Part shown: in pieces, positions 46,602 to 57,208 of the stretch
Layout: each line of letters begins with the position of its first letter
How positions within the stretch are numbered: position 1 is the first letter of the stretch
Source of the DNA: Myxococcota bacterium
Lineage (GTDB): Bacteria; Myxococcota; UBA4151
Length of the DNA stretch: 64,000 bases
Direction of reading: 5' to 3'
NCBI GenBank assembly: GCA_036338695.1
Contig: JAYZBQ010000048.1
Coordinates: 192,001-256,000, forward strand
Position numbers and translations under genes: made by a program
The notes under the pieces: generated by a model
The model's database searches: none
The model's input: only the letters and a program-made list of their open reading frames with translations
Told to the model about the DNA's origin: nothing

Positions 46602-49415
46602 CTAGCGCGTCGGTGGGTTGCCCTCAGCGCTGTACTCAAGCCCCGTCAGCGGCGTAATGATCTGCTGATCGTCGGCGGTGACGCCGTCGTAGACCAACCC
46701 GCCGGCGATGTACCCGCTGCGCTGCTCACCCTCACCCACGATCACCGGCGTCGGAAAGGCGCGCGGCATGCTCATCTCGGCTTCCATCATCGAGCTGTTC
46801 AGGGTCTCAAGGTTGATCATCTCAACGGTGTAAAGCGCCTTGACCGGTAAACCCGGGATGTCCGCCGTCTCTTGGTTACCCCCTGCGATCATGACGAGAT
46901 CATCGCCTGCGGGGACCACCGCGGGGCCGCGCCGGCTCTGCGCTAGATTAATTGGCGCAAAGGCGCCCGAGGTGATCACATAAAGGTCGGCGTCGGTCGC
47001 CGCCCGATAGCCGCCTCGCCAGATCTCACCGCCGGCAAACAACACCTGATCTGCGTTGCCGACACGCACGCCCAAGTGCCCATGGTGCCGGCGTGCATTT
47101 TGTGGCGCGTTGCCCGTCGCCACGCTCAGATCTTGCGGGTTAAACAGGTCCACAGGTGCGGCGTTGCGTTGCGGATCGGTACCCCCGTGGAGCAAAATCC
47201 GCCCGTCGGGCAGCGGGCTCAGACTCGGTCGGAACCGGCCCGTGTTCATACGCTGTTCGACCTCGGTCCACTCCTGCGTGAAGGGGTCGTACAGCTCGAG
47301 CGTATCGGTTGGGTCGGCCTGGTTGGTAAGCCCACCAGCGACGACGACATCGCCCGAGTCCAGTAAATAGGCGGCGTGGTCCGAGCGAGCCAGGTTGAGC
47401 GAGCCGGTTAAGCGGCCGCCATCTTCACTGTTCCAGATCTCAACGCTGCGCAGCGCCTGACCCTGCTCGTCGCGCCCCCCGATGATCAGGTAGGTGTCGT
47501 CGTCACCCGGCAACCGCACGGCGGCGGCGTCTGCGCGCGCAACCTGCATCGGCGGAAGATCAGAGAACCCGGTGCTCAAGCTCCGCACTCGGTCGCTGAC
47601 GCGCCCGGTGTGCAGGTCGATCCCACCAAAGAAGGTCATGTCCTGACCGCTCGCCGCCTTGGCGTGCCGCGGCCCGAGCAGCCCGTACGAGCTGAAGCTC
47701 GCGTTGCTGAGCAAAAATCGCTCGGCGTTTGTGTGCGCCGTCGGTCGACCCACCATCGATGACCCGCCGATCACAAAAGCGCCGTCCTCGCCGAGTCGAC
47801 CCGCGAAGGCGTGGTAGCGCCTGCTGCTCATGCGATTCGCAAGAGGCAGCCATTGCCCGAGCAGCCCGACCCAACGCTCAGCGTCCTGACGCGCCGCTTC
47901 AGGCCCCTCTTCAGGGACATAAATACGATCCGCACCCCCCATCACGAGGATGGTCTCGTCGCTCAAGACGACGGCGTTGTGGCCGTAGCGAGGCGCGGTC
48001 ATCGCCGTCCCCTCGCTCAGAGAACCCTGCCCCGGGACGCCCGTTGGGGTCAGCCACACGACGCTCGAGTGTACCGTCTCGCCATCATGCCCACCGGCGA
48101 TCATCACCTTGGTCTGCCCGGCCTCGACCACGACGGTAGCTGTGTGACCCAAGCGAGGGTTGCCGAGCGTGGTCTGGAGCGGAACCAGCGCCTCACCCGA
48201 GAAGAATTCACCGTCGTCTCGGATGCCCTCATCGCCCATACCACCGAGCAAGAGCACCTGGTCTCCCGGCAGCACCGTGGCGGTGTGGAACCAGCGCGGG
48301 GCGCTCGTGACCTCCAAGCTACGGACCTGACCCAGGCCTGGGCTAAACAGCTCAACGGCGACGGCAGGCTCTTCGCTGTAGGGTTCCCCCGGCGCCTGAC
48401 CGGGCGTGCGCGTCAGCCCGCCCAAGATGACCACGTTGGCGCCGACTCGGCTCGCCGTGTGACCGTAACGACCGATGTTCATGGCGCCCGCAGGTGCGAT
48501 GGTCCCGTCGTCGGGGTTGAAGATCTCAATCGATGTGCTCGCCGAGGCGCGGTCGGCGAGCGCGTTGTCCAGTCCGCCCGTAATCAGGACCGTCCCATCG
48601 GGTAAGAGCGCAAGGGCTGGATGAATCCGCCCGGTCGCCATCGGACCGTGCCAAGTCGGCGCGCCACTTCTCGGGTCGAACACCTCGATCGTGTTGTCCG
48701 CAGCCCCTTGCCGGTTCACACCGCCGACGAGGACCATGCGCCCATCGTCGAGCTGAATCGCGGCGCCGCCCGCGCGCGCTTGCTGCCCCGCGTACGCCGC
48801 CTTGAAATGGCCATCCGACCAGAAAGGGAACCCGCCATCAGGTCGCACCGGCGGACCGTAGTCCGGTCGGCCGGCGTCATGAAAGCCGGTATCTCGAACG
48901 TCCGGCGATGGACCTGCATCGGTGACGCCCGCATCGGGCGGCTGCGTCTGCCCCTCGTACGAGGTGCCCACGAGCGAGACGTCCTGCGGGGGCGGGCAGC
49001 GCACCTGCTCGTTGATGTCAGGGTGGCTAAAGCGCACCGTGCCGCGATGGCTCTGTCCGCCCGCCGAGACCGCCGTGATCGGGGCGTAGGTCACCGTCAC
49101 GTCAACGACGGCGCCGGTGCCGATGGGTTCGGTGATCACCGGCAAGCTCTCAAACTGAGCCTTCACGTTCTCGCCGGTCCCATCACGCCACTGAATCTCG
49201 AATTGCGGCAGCGCCGTGTTGCCCACGTTCTCGATACGGATGGTGGTCTCTTCTCGGGTCCGCACCCGCACCCGCTGAAAATCGACCGTTGCGGTCCCGG
49301 GCGGCGCGCTGAGTGCGGTCACGCGATACTCGCAGCGCTTCTGCGTGAACTGCGGGTCGTCGCAGTTACAACCCCAGAGTGAGAGCATCACCAGCATGGA
49401 CGCAGATCGGCGCAT
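46602..49415 (-). CDS. Kelch-repeat lipoprotein with an N-terminal Ig-like domain
   Basis: GCNCDD lipobox-like start; many R..H.A..L.DG.V...GG repeats, enough for about two propellers. Confidence 0.85.
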   Translation of the reverse strand: MRRSASMLVMLSLWGCNCDDPQFTQKRCEYRVTALSAPPGTATVDFQRVRVRTREETTIRIENVGNTALPQFEIQWRDGTGENVKAQFESLPVITEPIGTGAVVDVTVTYAPITAVSAGGQSHRGTVRFSHPDINEQVRCPPPQDVSLVGTSYEGQTQPPDAGVTDAGPSPDVRDTGFHDAGRPDYGPPVRPDGGFPFWSDGHFKAAYAGQQARAGGAAIQLDDGRMVLVGGVNRQGAADNTIEVFDPRSGAPTWHGPMATGRIHPALALLPDGTVLITGGLDNALADRASASTSIEIFNPDDGTIAPAGAMNIGRYGHTASRVGANVVILGGLTRTPGQAPGEPYSEEPAVAVELFSPGLGQVRSLEVTSAPRWFHTATVLPGDQVLLLGGMGDEGIRDDGEFFSGEALVPLQTTLGNPRLGHTATVVVEAGQTKVMIAGGHDGETVHSSVVWLTPTGVPGQGSLSEGTAMTAPRYGHNAVVLSDETILVMGGADRIYVPEEGPEAARQDAERWVGLLGQWLPLANRMSSRRYHAFAGRLGEDGAFVIGGSSMVGRPTAHTNAERFLLSNASFSSYGLLGPRHAKAASGQDMTFFGGIDLHTGRVSDRVRSLSTGFSDLPPMQVARADAAAVRLPGDDDTYLIIGGRDEQGQALRSVEIWNSEDGGRLTGSLNLARSDHAAYLLDSGDVVVAGGLTNQADPTDTLELYDPFTQEWTEVEQRMNTGRFRPSLSPLPDGRILLHGGTDPQRNAAPVDLFNPQDLSVATGNAPQNARRHHGHLGVRVGNADQVLFAGGEIWRGGYRAATDADLYVITSGAFAPINLAQSRRGPAVVPAGDDLVMIAGGNQETADIPGLPVKALYTVEMINLETLNSSMMEAEMSMPRAFPTPVIVGEGEQRSGYIAGGLVYDGVTADDQQIITPLTGLEYSAEGNPPTR

Positions 49416-49503
49416 GGACGACTTCCTTCCTCAAGCGGCGCACGACTCACTCGCGCCCCAGGTCAGCTTAGCGGCTTTGCGGCCTTTCGACCACCTCGCT
49501 CAC

Positions 49504-50487
49504 TCAGCGCTCGCCCCGTGCGACCGCACCAAAAAAGTGGCGCCTGAGCGCGCCGATGCCGCGGTCCTGACCGTCCGGCCAGGTGCGGTTGGTGAGCAGC
49601 ACGGCGGCGCGGTCGGCGTCTGGGTCGATCCAAAACGCGGTCCCGGTGTAGCCGAGGTGTCCAAAGGCGCTCGCCCCCCAGCCACCGCCCGTCGTTCCAC
49701 CCGGCGTCGGCACGTCAAAGCCCGCCGTACGCCCACCGTGCTGTGGCACGATCAGGGCGCTCGCGGCGCGCGGGACGCTCGAGGGACGACCGCAGGCGAG
49801 ATCAAGCCACGAGCGCACCGCAGCGGCGGTCGCCTCGATCCCTCCAAACCAGCCGGCGTGACCGCAATTCCGGCCCCCGGCGCGCCGGCAGGTCGGGTCA
49901 TGGACCCGCCCTTTGAGGGGCATCTGGTCGGGGTCATAACCCGTGGGGATGCAGCGCTCGAGGTCAGCGCCACTTGGGATCAAGAAACCTTGCGGAGCCG
50001 CCAGCTCATCAACCGCCATCCCAGCTCGCTGGCAGATCCACGCGCAGAGGATAAACCCGAGATCCGAGTACACGACCGTCCCGGGGCGATGCTTAAGCGG
50101 CAGCTCAAGGACTCGGCGCCTGAGCTCACGCAAGCGCCGCTCCGGCGCGCCGATTAACCTGTCGGCGAGCCGCTCTGAAAAGGCGAGCAAGCCCGCTCGG
50201 TGATGCAACAGATCCGCAAGGGTCGCAGCGCCAAGCTGGGCAGGCGCCTCGGGCAACCACTCGCCCACCGACTGCTCGAGTGTGAGCGCCCCGTCCTCGA
50301 TAAGCTGCGCAACGGCTCGCACCGTCCCAAGTGGCTTGGTCAAGCTCGCGAGATCAAAGAGGTCGTTCGGTCGGCACCCGATGGATCCCAACCGTGTCGG
50401 CTCATCACCCTCGATGAGCGCATAGCCGAGCGCCGTGCACACCCGCCCCTCGCCGACAAAGCGCTCAAGCCCAAACGGGTGCGTCAC
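49504..50487 (-). CDS. Serine hydrolase, beta-lactamase/PBP-like family
   Basis: FDLASLTK (SxxK), YSDLGF, GHLGYTG, LLTNR. Confidence 0.88.
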   Translation of the reverse strand: MTHPFGLERFVGEGRVCTALGYALIEGDEPTRLGSIGCRPNDLFDLASLTKPLGTVRAVAQLIEDGALTLEQSVGEWLPEAPAQLGAATLADLLHHRAGLLAFSERLADRLIGAPERRLRELRRRVLELPLKHRPGTVVYSDLGFILCAWICQRAGMAVDELAAPQGFLIPSGADLERCIPTGYDPDQMPLKGRVHDPTCRRAGGRNCGHAGWFGGIEATAAAVRSWLDLACGRPSSVPRAASALIVPQHGGRTAGFDVPTPGGTTGGGWGASAFGHLGYTGTAFWIDPDADRAAVLLTNRTWPDGQDRGIGALRRHFFGAVARGER

Positions 50488-51314
50488 GCCATCACTCCGC
50501 TGAGCTCCATGTGACCGCCCTGACAGCGCACCGACTCACCCCAAATAAAAGCGTGATTACGGATGCCGTGACCAACAGGAGCGCCCGTCCAACAGGGTAT
50601 CCCAAGCGCCTGCAACCGCCGCTGATGGCGCGTGACAGAGCCCTCTTCACAGTCGACGAATTCACCCCAGACCACGGCGCACGCGCGGGCTAGATCCGTT
50701 GCGTTGAGCAGATGAGTCAGCGCGCGATCGCTGCGGTACCACGGCTCACCGACCTCCTCGAGAACGACCACCCGGCCTGCAAACGAGACCTGGTTCGGGG
50801 TCCCGATTAGGCGCGTCAGCACCTCGAGGTTGCCCCCGATCAGCGGTCCTGAAAACGCGCCCTCTTGGGGTGTTAGTCGCCAGGTCCGAGGCGCTGCGCG
50901 CACCGCATCCATCAAGGCGCTCACGCTGGCGTCGTCCGCTTGAGCCAAGCTCGTCACGACGGGCCCATGAAGCGCACGCCCACCCGCCTGAAATACCGCT
51001 GCGAGCAGCGCGGTCACGTCCGAAAAACCGATCACCGGCTTGTGCGTCAGCGGCAGGCCGTCGAGGTCGAGGCGGGTGACCCCATACCCCCCACGCACGG
51101 CCCACGCCACCGCGGCGTCGGCGTCAAGGGCTTGGCGCAGGCTCATCACACGCTCATCGTCGTCACCTGCGAGGTACTGTCCAGGCGCTGCCACCGCGCT
51201 GCGCGGCAGCTCACCCGGGACCCACCCCAACTGGCGAGCGCGCGCAAGCCCCGCCTCGATACGCTCCGCTGGCGCGCGCCCAGACGCAGCAAACAACGCG
51301 GCACGAACCATCAT
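50484..51314 (-). CDS. ldcA: LD-carboxypeptidase (peptidase S66)
   Basis: RGGYG, GFSDVT, GGNL, LEEVGE, GH. ATGA-coupled to the serine hydrolase. Confidence 0.9.
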   Translation of the reverse strand: MMVRAALFAASGRAPAERIEAGLARARQLGWVPGELPRSAVAAPGQYLAGDDDERVMSLRQALDADAAVAWAVRGGYGVTRLDLDGLPLTHKPVIGFSDVTALLAAVFQAGGRALHGPVVTSLAQADDASVSALMDAVRAAPRTWRLTPQEGAFSGPLIGGNLEVLTRLIGTPNQVSFAGRVVVLEEVGEPWYRSDRALTHLLNATDLARACAVVWGEFVDCEEGSVTRHQRRLQALGIPCWTGAPVGHGIRNHAFIWGESVRCQGGHMELSGVMA

Positions 51315-51467
51315 AAGCCCCCTCGGCCAGGTTTGAATGAATCCCTCAAACCAGCGTTTAGCTACTACACACCTCTTGACTGTCTCATGCCGCCTTGTCA
51401 CCCCCTTCAAAACCTGGCCACATGTCGGTAACGAACATTTTCCAGCCCTTATCAGGACCCTGACGCC

Positions 51468-52481
51468 ATGCGCTTGACCCTTATCTTCGCCCTCATCGCC
51501 TCCCCCGCCATGGCACAGAGCCCCTTCGGTGCAGACAGCACACCGAATTCGTGGCGCCAGCTCACGGAGAAGTACCGCTATAAATGCCCCGGGCCGTTCA
51601 CCAAGGTCAAAGAGCCGGACACGGTTAAGATGGCGGGCTTTGACGTCGAGCGCAACGGCAGCACCTGGACCATCAAGGGCAGCACCAAAGCAGCTGGCAC
51701 GCTCAACATTGGCGTCCTCGGTGCCATCAAAGACGCCGGGCGAGACACCAAGAAAAACCTTGAGACCTTCGCCAACTGGTTCAAGCAGAACAAGGTCGAT
51801 ATCGTGGTCGCAAACGGCGATATTGCCCTCGACGAGTTCGACCTCGAAGAGGTCTTCCTCGAGCTCGGCAAACTGAATCTCCCGGTGATCGTCTTTGCGG
51901 GGAACTCAGAAAGCCGGACGAGCTTTAACCGCACGGCAACCGAGGTCGCTCGCAAGGTGCCGCAGCTGATCAACGGGAACTGGGTGCGCGAGATCCGCTG
52001 GGGTAAGTACAGCCTCTGGACGCTCCCAGGATACCACGACAAAAAGTTCCTCTATGGACGCAACGGTTGCCTCTACGAGCGCAAGCACATCCGCGCCTTA
52101 GGCAAGCAGATCGGCAAGGCGAAGGGTCAGGTCAACGTCCTGCTCGCGCACGGTCCGCCTCGCTACACAGGCAAGGTGGCGCTCGATAAGATCACCGACG
52201 GCAAGCACGTGGGCGATAAATGGATGGCGAAGCTGATCAAGGATTACTCCATTAAGTGGGGCATCTTTGGTCACATCCTCGAAGCGGGCGCCACGCTGGC
52301 GACGAAGATGGGGAACCGCCCGGCGGCCGCTGATTCACGGCAAAAATCGCTCTACCTCAACGCCGGCTCGGCGAACGGTCTACCGTGGGGTATGAACGAC
52401 GGCTCCACCCTGCGTGGGTTGGCAGCTGTGATGTCACTCGACGGCAAGTCCGGCGTCATCAAGCTCAAGAAGATCAAGTGA
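51468..52481 (+). CDS. Secreted, Lys-rich metallophosphoesterase-like protein
   Basis: Signal peptide AMA; NGD, GNSE, HGPP, GHI motifs. Confidence 0.7.
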   Translation: MRLTLIFALIASPAMAQSPFGADSTPNSWRQLTEKYRYKCPGPFTKVKEPDTVKMAGFDVERNGSTWTIKGSTKAAGTLNIGVLGAIKDAGRDTKKNLETFANWFKQNKVDIVVANGDIALDEFDLEEVFLELGKLNLPVIVFAGNSESRTSFNRTATEVARKVPQLINGNWVREIRWGKYSLWTLPGYHDKKFLYGRNGCLYERKHIRALGKQIGKAKGQVNVLLAHGPPRYTGKVALDKITDGKHVGDKWMAKLIKDYSIKWGIFGHILEAGATLATKMGNRPAAADSRQKSLYLNAGSANGLPWGMNDGSTLRGLAAVMSLDGKSGVIKLKKIK

Positions 52482-53482
52482 TCGTAGCCGTCCTTGGGGC
52501 GGGCAGCTTCGGGACGTCGCTGGCGATCCACCTCGCCCGGCTCGGGCACACGGTCCGGCTCTGGGGCCGCCACAAAGACCACCTCGAAGCGAGCGCTCGG
52601 GCCGGCTACAACACCCGCTACCTCAGCGGCGTTGCGTTTCCGGCGGGGCTGACCTGCGAACCCGACCTCAGCGCAGCCCTGTCTCAAGCGGAGCTCGTCG
52701 TCTCGGCGATCCCCACGCAGGGCGTGCGCGCCTTTTGGGAGGAGGCGGTTGATCACCTCGAGCCGGGCGCGCTCTTGGTCAACGCCGCAAAAGGGATCAG
52801 CACGGACAGCCTCGAGACGATCGACGAGATGCTGCGCTCGATCCTGCCGCGTGCCGAGGCGGGGCGCATCGTTCACCTGAGCGGGCCCTCCTTTGCGCTT
52901 GAGCTCGCATCGGGCAACCCCACGCTCGTCGTCGCCGCCTCTCGTCAAGTGAGCGCCGCTGAGACGGTCCGAGGCGTCTTTAATGGTCAAAACCTCAAGG
53001 TCTACTGCAGCGACGATGTCATCGGGGTCGAGCTCGGAGGCGCGCTCAAGAACGTCATCGCGATCGCGGTGGGCATCGCAGACGGCATGAACACTGGGCT
53101 CAATGCGCGCGCCGGGCTCATCACGCGCGGCCTGCACGAGATCAACCGCCTCGCCACACGCTACGGCGCCAACCCGCTCACCCTCGCAGGCCTCGCCGGG
53201 ATGGGTGACCTGGTCCTCACCTGCACCGGAAGCCTCAGCCGAAACCGAACGCTCGGCTACGCGATCGGTGAGGGCAGGAGCACGCAAGAAGCGATCGAGT
53301 CGCTCAACGGACAAGTCGCCGAAGGGTACTATACAGCGCAGGCGGTACGGCGTCTGGTCGAACGCGACGAGGTCGAGATGCCCATCTGTGAGACCGTCGC
53401 GCGCATCCTAGCTGATGAGATCAGCTCGGCGGATGGCTTAGCGGAGCTGATGGAGCGCGACACGCGCTTTGAGCGCGCCTAA
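52478..53482 (+). CDS. gpsA: NAD(P)H-dependent glycerol-3-phosphate dehydrogenase
   Basis: GAGSFGT, SGPSFA, GGALKNVIAI, GDLVLTC..SRN. GTGA overlap. Confidence 0.95.
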   Translation: MIVAVLGAGSFGTSLAIHLARLGHTVRLWGRHKDHLEASARAGYNTRYLSGVAFPAGLTCEPDLSAALSQAELVVSAIPTQGVRAFWEEAVDHLEPGALLVNAAKGISTDSLETIDEMLRSILPRAEAGRIVHLSGPSFALELASGNPTLVVAASRQVSAAETVRGVFNGQNLKVYCSDDVIGVELGGALKNVIAIAVGIADGMNTGLNARAGLITRGLHEINRLATRYGANPLTLAGLAGMGDLVLTCTGSLSRNRTLGYAIGEGRSTQEAIESLNGQVAEGYYTAQAVRRLVERDEVEMPICETVARILADEISSADGLAELMERDTRFERA

Positions 53483-53483
53483 G

Positions 53484-55046
53484 TCAGCGCTTACGCAACA
53501 CCTTGAGCTCAGTGGTTTGAGCTAAGGCTTCGGCGGCTCCCGGTAGCCCGTACGCGACGCCGCCATCAACGCCCATCGGCGCATGATCCGAACCCACCGA
53601 TCCATCAGGTAGGTAACCAACCGCTTTAAAGGCCGCCTTGTAGGCCGCGTAGTCACCGCCTCGCCGATGCGCCTCAAGCACCGCCTCGCCAACCGCCAAC
53701 CCGCCGCGCGCCAACACCGACTCCACCCAGCTCCAGCGCGAGCTGACGGGGCGAATATTAACCCGTCCTTTGAGCAGTCGGCGCAGCAGCTTAAGCCGCC
53801 GATCGCTCTCTTTGACGCCGATAAAAGGTGCGCAATAAAGCGGCGTGTTGCGTTTGGGCACCAAGGGGCTCAACCCCACGTCAATCGGGAGGATCTTGCT
53901 CAGCTCGATCAGCTCATGCGCCAAGTTTTCAAGGTCCTCATCGTGTTCGGTAGGCAGGCCGAGGACCATATAGATCTTCATCTTCATAAACCCGACCGAC
54001 TTGGCCTCGCGCGCCACGCGCTCGATGTGCTGGTCTTCTGTTTTTCGGCGCACGACCCGGCGCAGGCGCGGTGAGGCGCCATCGAGCGCCACCGTCACCG
54101 TGCGGTAGCCGCCGCGAAAGAGCGCCTCGAGCAGCGGGCGCTTGAGCCGGTCGGCGCGCAGGCTTGAGATCCCGATGGAGAGGTCGCGATCAGCCAGCGC
54201 GTTAACCAGATCCGTGATCTCTCGGTGGTCGGTGACCGCAGCGCCGACCAATCCAACTCGCTCAACGCCTTGCGGGATGGCGTCGAGTACCGCTTGCGCC
54301 GGCACCGGGCGCATCCCCCCGTTGGTCGAGCGCCTCATCACGCAGTACGTACATTGCCGAGAGCAGCCACGCTCTGGCTCGATCAAAAACATTTTACGCA
54401 GCTCGGTCGACTCCGCCACGATCGCCGAATGCGCCGGCAGCAGTACATCATCAGCCTTAGCGACGGGCAGCAAGACCGGCGCACGCTCGGTCGCTACCAC
54501 GACCCCTGGCAGCTCCGATAAGAGCGCACTGAGCGAGGCTTTGTCTTCGCCCTCGATGCGCTGCAGCACCTCTTTGATCAGCCCCTCACCCTCGCCGCAG
54601 ATGAGCACGTCGACGAAGGGCAGCAGCGGAGCCGGGTTTGAGAAGGTCAGCGGGCCGCCGGCGATGACGATCGGGTGGTCGGGCTGCCGCTCACGCCGAA
54701 GCGGCGGCAACCCAAAACGCTCGAGCATGGTGATGACGCCGGCGAGCTCGAGCTCATAGGCCACGCTCAGCGCGATGGCCTCGACCTCGGGCATAGCGCG
54801 GTTGAGCTCATAGGCGAACGGGCGCTCGCTCGGCTCATCGTCGTCGTTAAACGCGCGCAGCGGCGTCCAGCCGTCGGTCGCGAGGATGGAGCGCCAGATC
54901 TGCTGAAAACCCAGGCTGCTCATGCCGACGTGGTAGCCGCTCGGATAGACCAGCGCGCAGCGGTTGGGCGCGTCCGACCAGCGCTCGAGCTGGAGCTCGC
55001 CGGCTAAACGTCGCTGCGGCCCCGAGCGCTGCCGACCACCACTCAA
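53484..55046 (-). CDS. Radical SAM protein with an N-terminal B12-binding-like domain
   Basis: YP..Y.VGMSSLG, ERGCSRQCTYC, SSLRAD. Confidence 0.85.
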   Translation of the reverse strand: MSGGRQRSGPQRRLAGELQLERWSDAPNRCALVYPSGYHVGMSSLGFQQIWRSILATDGWTPLRAFNDDDEPSERPFAYELNRAMPEVEAIALSVAYELELAGVITMLERFGLPPLRRERQPDHPIVIAGGPLTFSNPAPLLPFVDVLICGEGEGLIKEVLQRIEGEDKASLSALLSELPGVVVATERAPVLLPVAKADDVLLPAHSAIVAESTELRKMFLIEPERGCSRQCTYCVMRRSTNGGMRPVPAQAVLDAIPQGVERVGLVGAAVTDHREITDLVNALADRDLSIGISSLRADRLKRPLLEALFRGGYRTVTVALDGASPRLRRVVRRKTEDQHIERVAREAKSVGFMKMKIYMVLGLPTEHDEDLENLAHELIELSKILPIDVGLSPLVPKRNTPLYCAPFIGVKESDRRLKLLRRLLKGRVNIRPVSSRWSWVESVLARGGLAVGEAVLEAHRRGGDYAAYKAAFKAVGYLPDGSVGSDHAPMGVDGGVAYGLPGAAEALAQTTELKVLRKR

Positions 55047-57208
55047 AGACCGACCTCGTCGACCACCGCGTCGAACAAGTCCACAACCGCCTGCGTGGTC
55101 TGGTGCTCACGCAGCGCCAACTGCTCACGAAAAACAGGGTCTCGATCGGCTCGAAGTTGTCGCATCATGGCGCGGTGCCTCGGCGCCGCCTCGGAGCCGA
55201 CGAGCTGGCTGCGCAACGACCGCACGCTCTCGTGGTTGAGCTGTACCGGCTTGAGCAGCTCGCTGACCGTATCGATCAACCCTTCAGACTCACTGCCGAG
55301 CACCAAGGTCCCTTGCTCGATCTCGACCGGGGCAAAGGGGACCAGGCGCCCCTTGAGCTCATCGGGAAGCGAAGGAAAAATCGAGGTCCAGAGCGTCAGC
55401 AGGCGCTTCGCCTCGTCGTCAAGCGCAGGTAGCTTCTCGTCACGCTGTGGCGGCGACGGAGGCGCCGAGGTGCAAGGCTCAGGCGCCACTGAGACCGGCG
55501 GTTCAGCCGGCGCAGCCGGCGGGTTGACCGGCTCGGGCGCAGCGGGTGGCGGGCTCACTTCTTGGGTGGGATCCGGAGCCGGCGCAACGCCTGGAGGCGG
55601 CGCCGAGAGCGACGGTTGTGCGCTGCCTGAGCTCGCCTTGATGTTCAGGTTGCCGATCACGAGCTCAACGAAGCCGTGCTCAGCCAGCGCGGCGGCGACG
55701 TCACTGCGTGACCGCTCTTGCCGGCAAATGGCGAGGCGGGCGTCGTCCAAGCGCCCGACGAGTCGCTGCCCATCGATACGAAGCCCTGCCAGGGCGAGCG
55801 TCGCCGCAAGCGGCTGACTCGAGCGCGCCACGGCGTGCAGAAAGGGCGCCGTCGGAACGACCTCCGGCTTGGGGGGCTCACTGACCGGCGGCGGCGCCAT
55901 CTGCGGAGCGCTTCGCTGCTGCCTCTGGGGAGCGGGCGGCGGCGCTGGTGGCGCCGGGCGCTGCGCAGGCTCAGGCCTCCGAGGAGGGGCCGGACGCAGA
56001 CCAAGCGCCTGTCGGCTGTCGTGAGCGGGCTTGGGGCGCTGTGCCCGCGGCGCGCCGCTCGAGCCGGACCGTGGGGCAGCGCCACCTTGAAGCTGATGAA
56101 GCAGCTGACCGAGCGCTTGCGCGCCGGCGCCATCGGCCATCCGCAAGATGGCGAGCTCGAGCACGGTCCGAGGGTGGCCGGTCCGGCTGATCTCGGCGGC
56201 GGCGTCCAGCGCGACACGAAGCCAGCGCCGACCATGAACCGGGTCGAGCAGTCCGGCTAACCGGTTGAGCTCGGCGAGATGCTCAGCGTCCGAGTCGATG
56301 AGCCCGTCGCTTTGCGCCACCTCACCGCAGATCACCAAACCGCGCACCTCAGCCACCAGCGCATCAGCGAAGCGGCGCAGGTCGGCGCCGGCGCTGTACA
56401 GCGCATCGAGCTGCCGCAGCGCGCCGGCGCGATCCTGCTCAGCGCACGCGCCGAGCAACGCCATCACGGCGCGCCGGTCAACCAACCCCAAACAAGCGGC
56501 TGCGGCGGATCCGTCGACATGATCGCCGGTGTAAGCGATCACCTGCTCAAGCAAGCTCAGCGCGTCGCGCATCCCCCCTTCAGCCGCCACCGCAACGACC
56601 CGCAGCGCCTCACGCTCAACCGACAGCTGCTCGCGCCCGCAGACGTGCTCGAGCTGCTCCATGATCCGCCGCGTCGGGATCCGCTTAAAGTCGTGCCGCT
56701 GACACCGCGACTTGATGGTATCGAGCACTTTATGTGGCTCGGTGGTCGCAAAGATAAAATGGACGGCAGGCGGCGGCTCTTCGAGAAGCTTGAGCAACGC
56801 GTTGAACGCCTGGTTGGTGAGCATATGCACTTCATCGATGATGAAGATCCTGCAGCGCAGAGTCGCTCGAGTATGCGCAGTCTCTTGCAGCTGGCGCACG
56901 TGGTCGACGCCGTTGTGGCTTGCGCCGTCGATCTCTTGGACATCCAGCGAATGCCCCCCTGCGATCGCCACGCAGGATGCGCACTGACCACAGGGGTCTG
57001 CCTGTGGCCCGACCTCGCAGTTGAGCGCCATGGCCAGGATGCGTGCTGCGCTGGTCTTACCCACCCCTCGAGGGCCGCAAAATAGGTAGGCGTGATGAAC
57101 CCGCTGACGGGTGATCGCGTTGGCCAGGGTTCGCCCGACCACTTCCTGACCGACCAACGCGTCAAAACGTTGGGGCCGATAGGTTCGCGCCAGCACCTTG
57201 TAGCTCAA
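55043..57208 (-). CDS. dnaX: DNA polymerase III subunit gamma/tau
   Basis: SYKVLAR.YRP, GPRGVGKT, DEVHML, SRC; Pro-rich linkers. Confidence 0.96.
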   Translation of the reverse strand: MSYKVLARTYRPQRFDALVGQEVVGRTLANAITRQRVHHAYLFCGPRGVGKTSAARILAMALNCEVGPQADPCGQCASCVAIAGGHSLDVQEIDGASHNGVDHVRQLQETAHTRATLRCRIFIIDEVHMLTNQAFNALLKLLEEPPPAVHFIFATTEPHKVLDTIKSRCQRHDFKRIPTRRIMEQLEHVCGREQLSVEREALRVVAVAAEGGMRDALSLLEQVIAYTGDHVDGSAAAACLGLVDRRAVMALLGACAEQDRAGALRQLDALYSAGADLRRFADALVAEVRGLVICGEVAQSDGLIDSDAEHLAELNRLAGLLDPVHGRRWLRVALDAAAEISRTGHPRTVLELAILRMADGAGAQALGQLLHQLQGGAAPRSGSSGAPRAQRPKPAHDSRQALGLRPAPPRRPEPAQRPAPPAPPPAPQRQQRSAPQMAPPPVSEPPKPEVVPTAPFLHAVARSSQPLAATLALAGLRIDGQRLVGRLDDARLAICRQERSRSDVAAALAEHGFVELVIGNLNIKASSGSAQPSLSAPPPGVAPAPDPTQEVSPPPAAPEPVNPPAAPAEPPVSVAPEPCTSAPPSPPQRDEKLPALDDEAKRLLTLWTSIFPSLPDELKGRLVPFAPVEIEQGTLVLGSESEGLIDTVSELLKPVQLNHESVRSLRSQLVGSEAAPRHRAMMRQLRADRDPVFREQLALREHQTTQAVVDLFDAVVDEVGL

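Noticed and set aside
55043..57208. dnaX programmed -1 frameshift site
   Set aside because: No A AAA AAG or long A run was seen on the coding strand.
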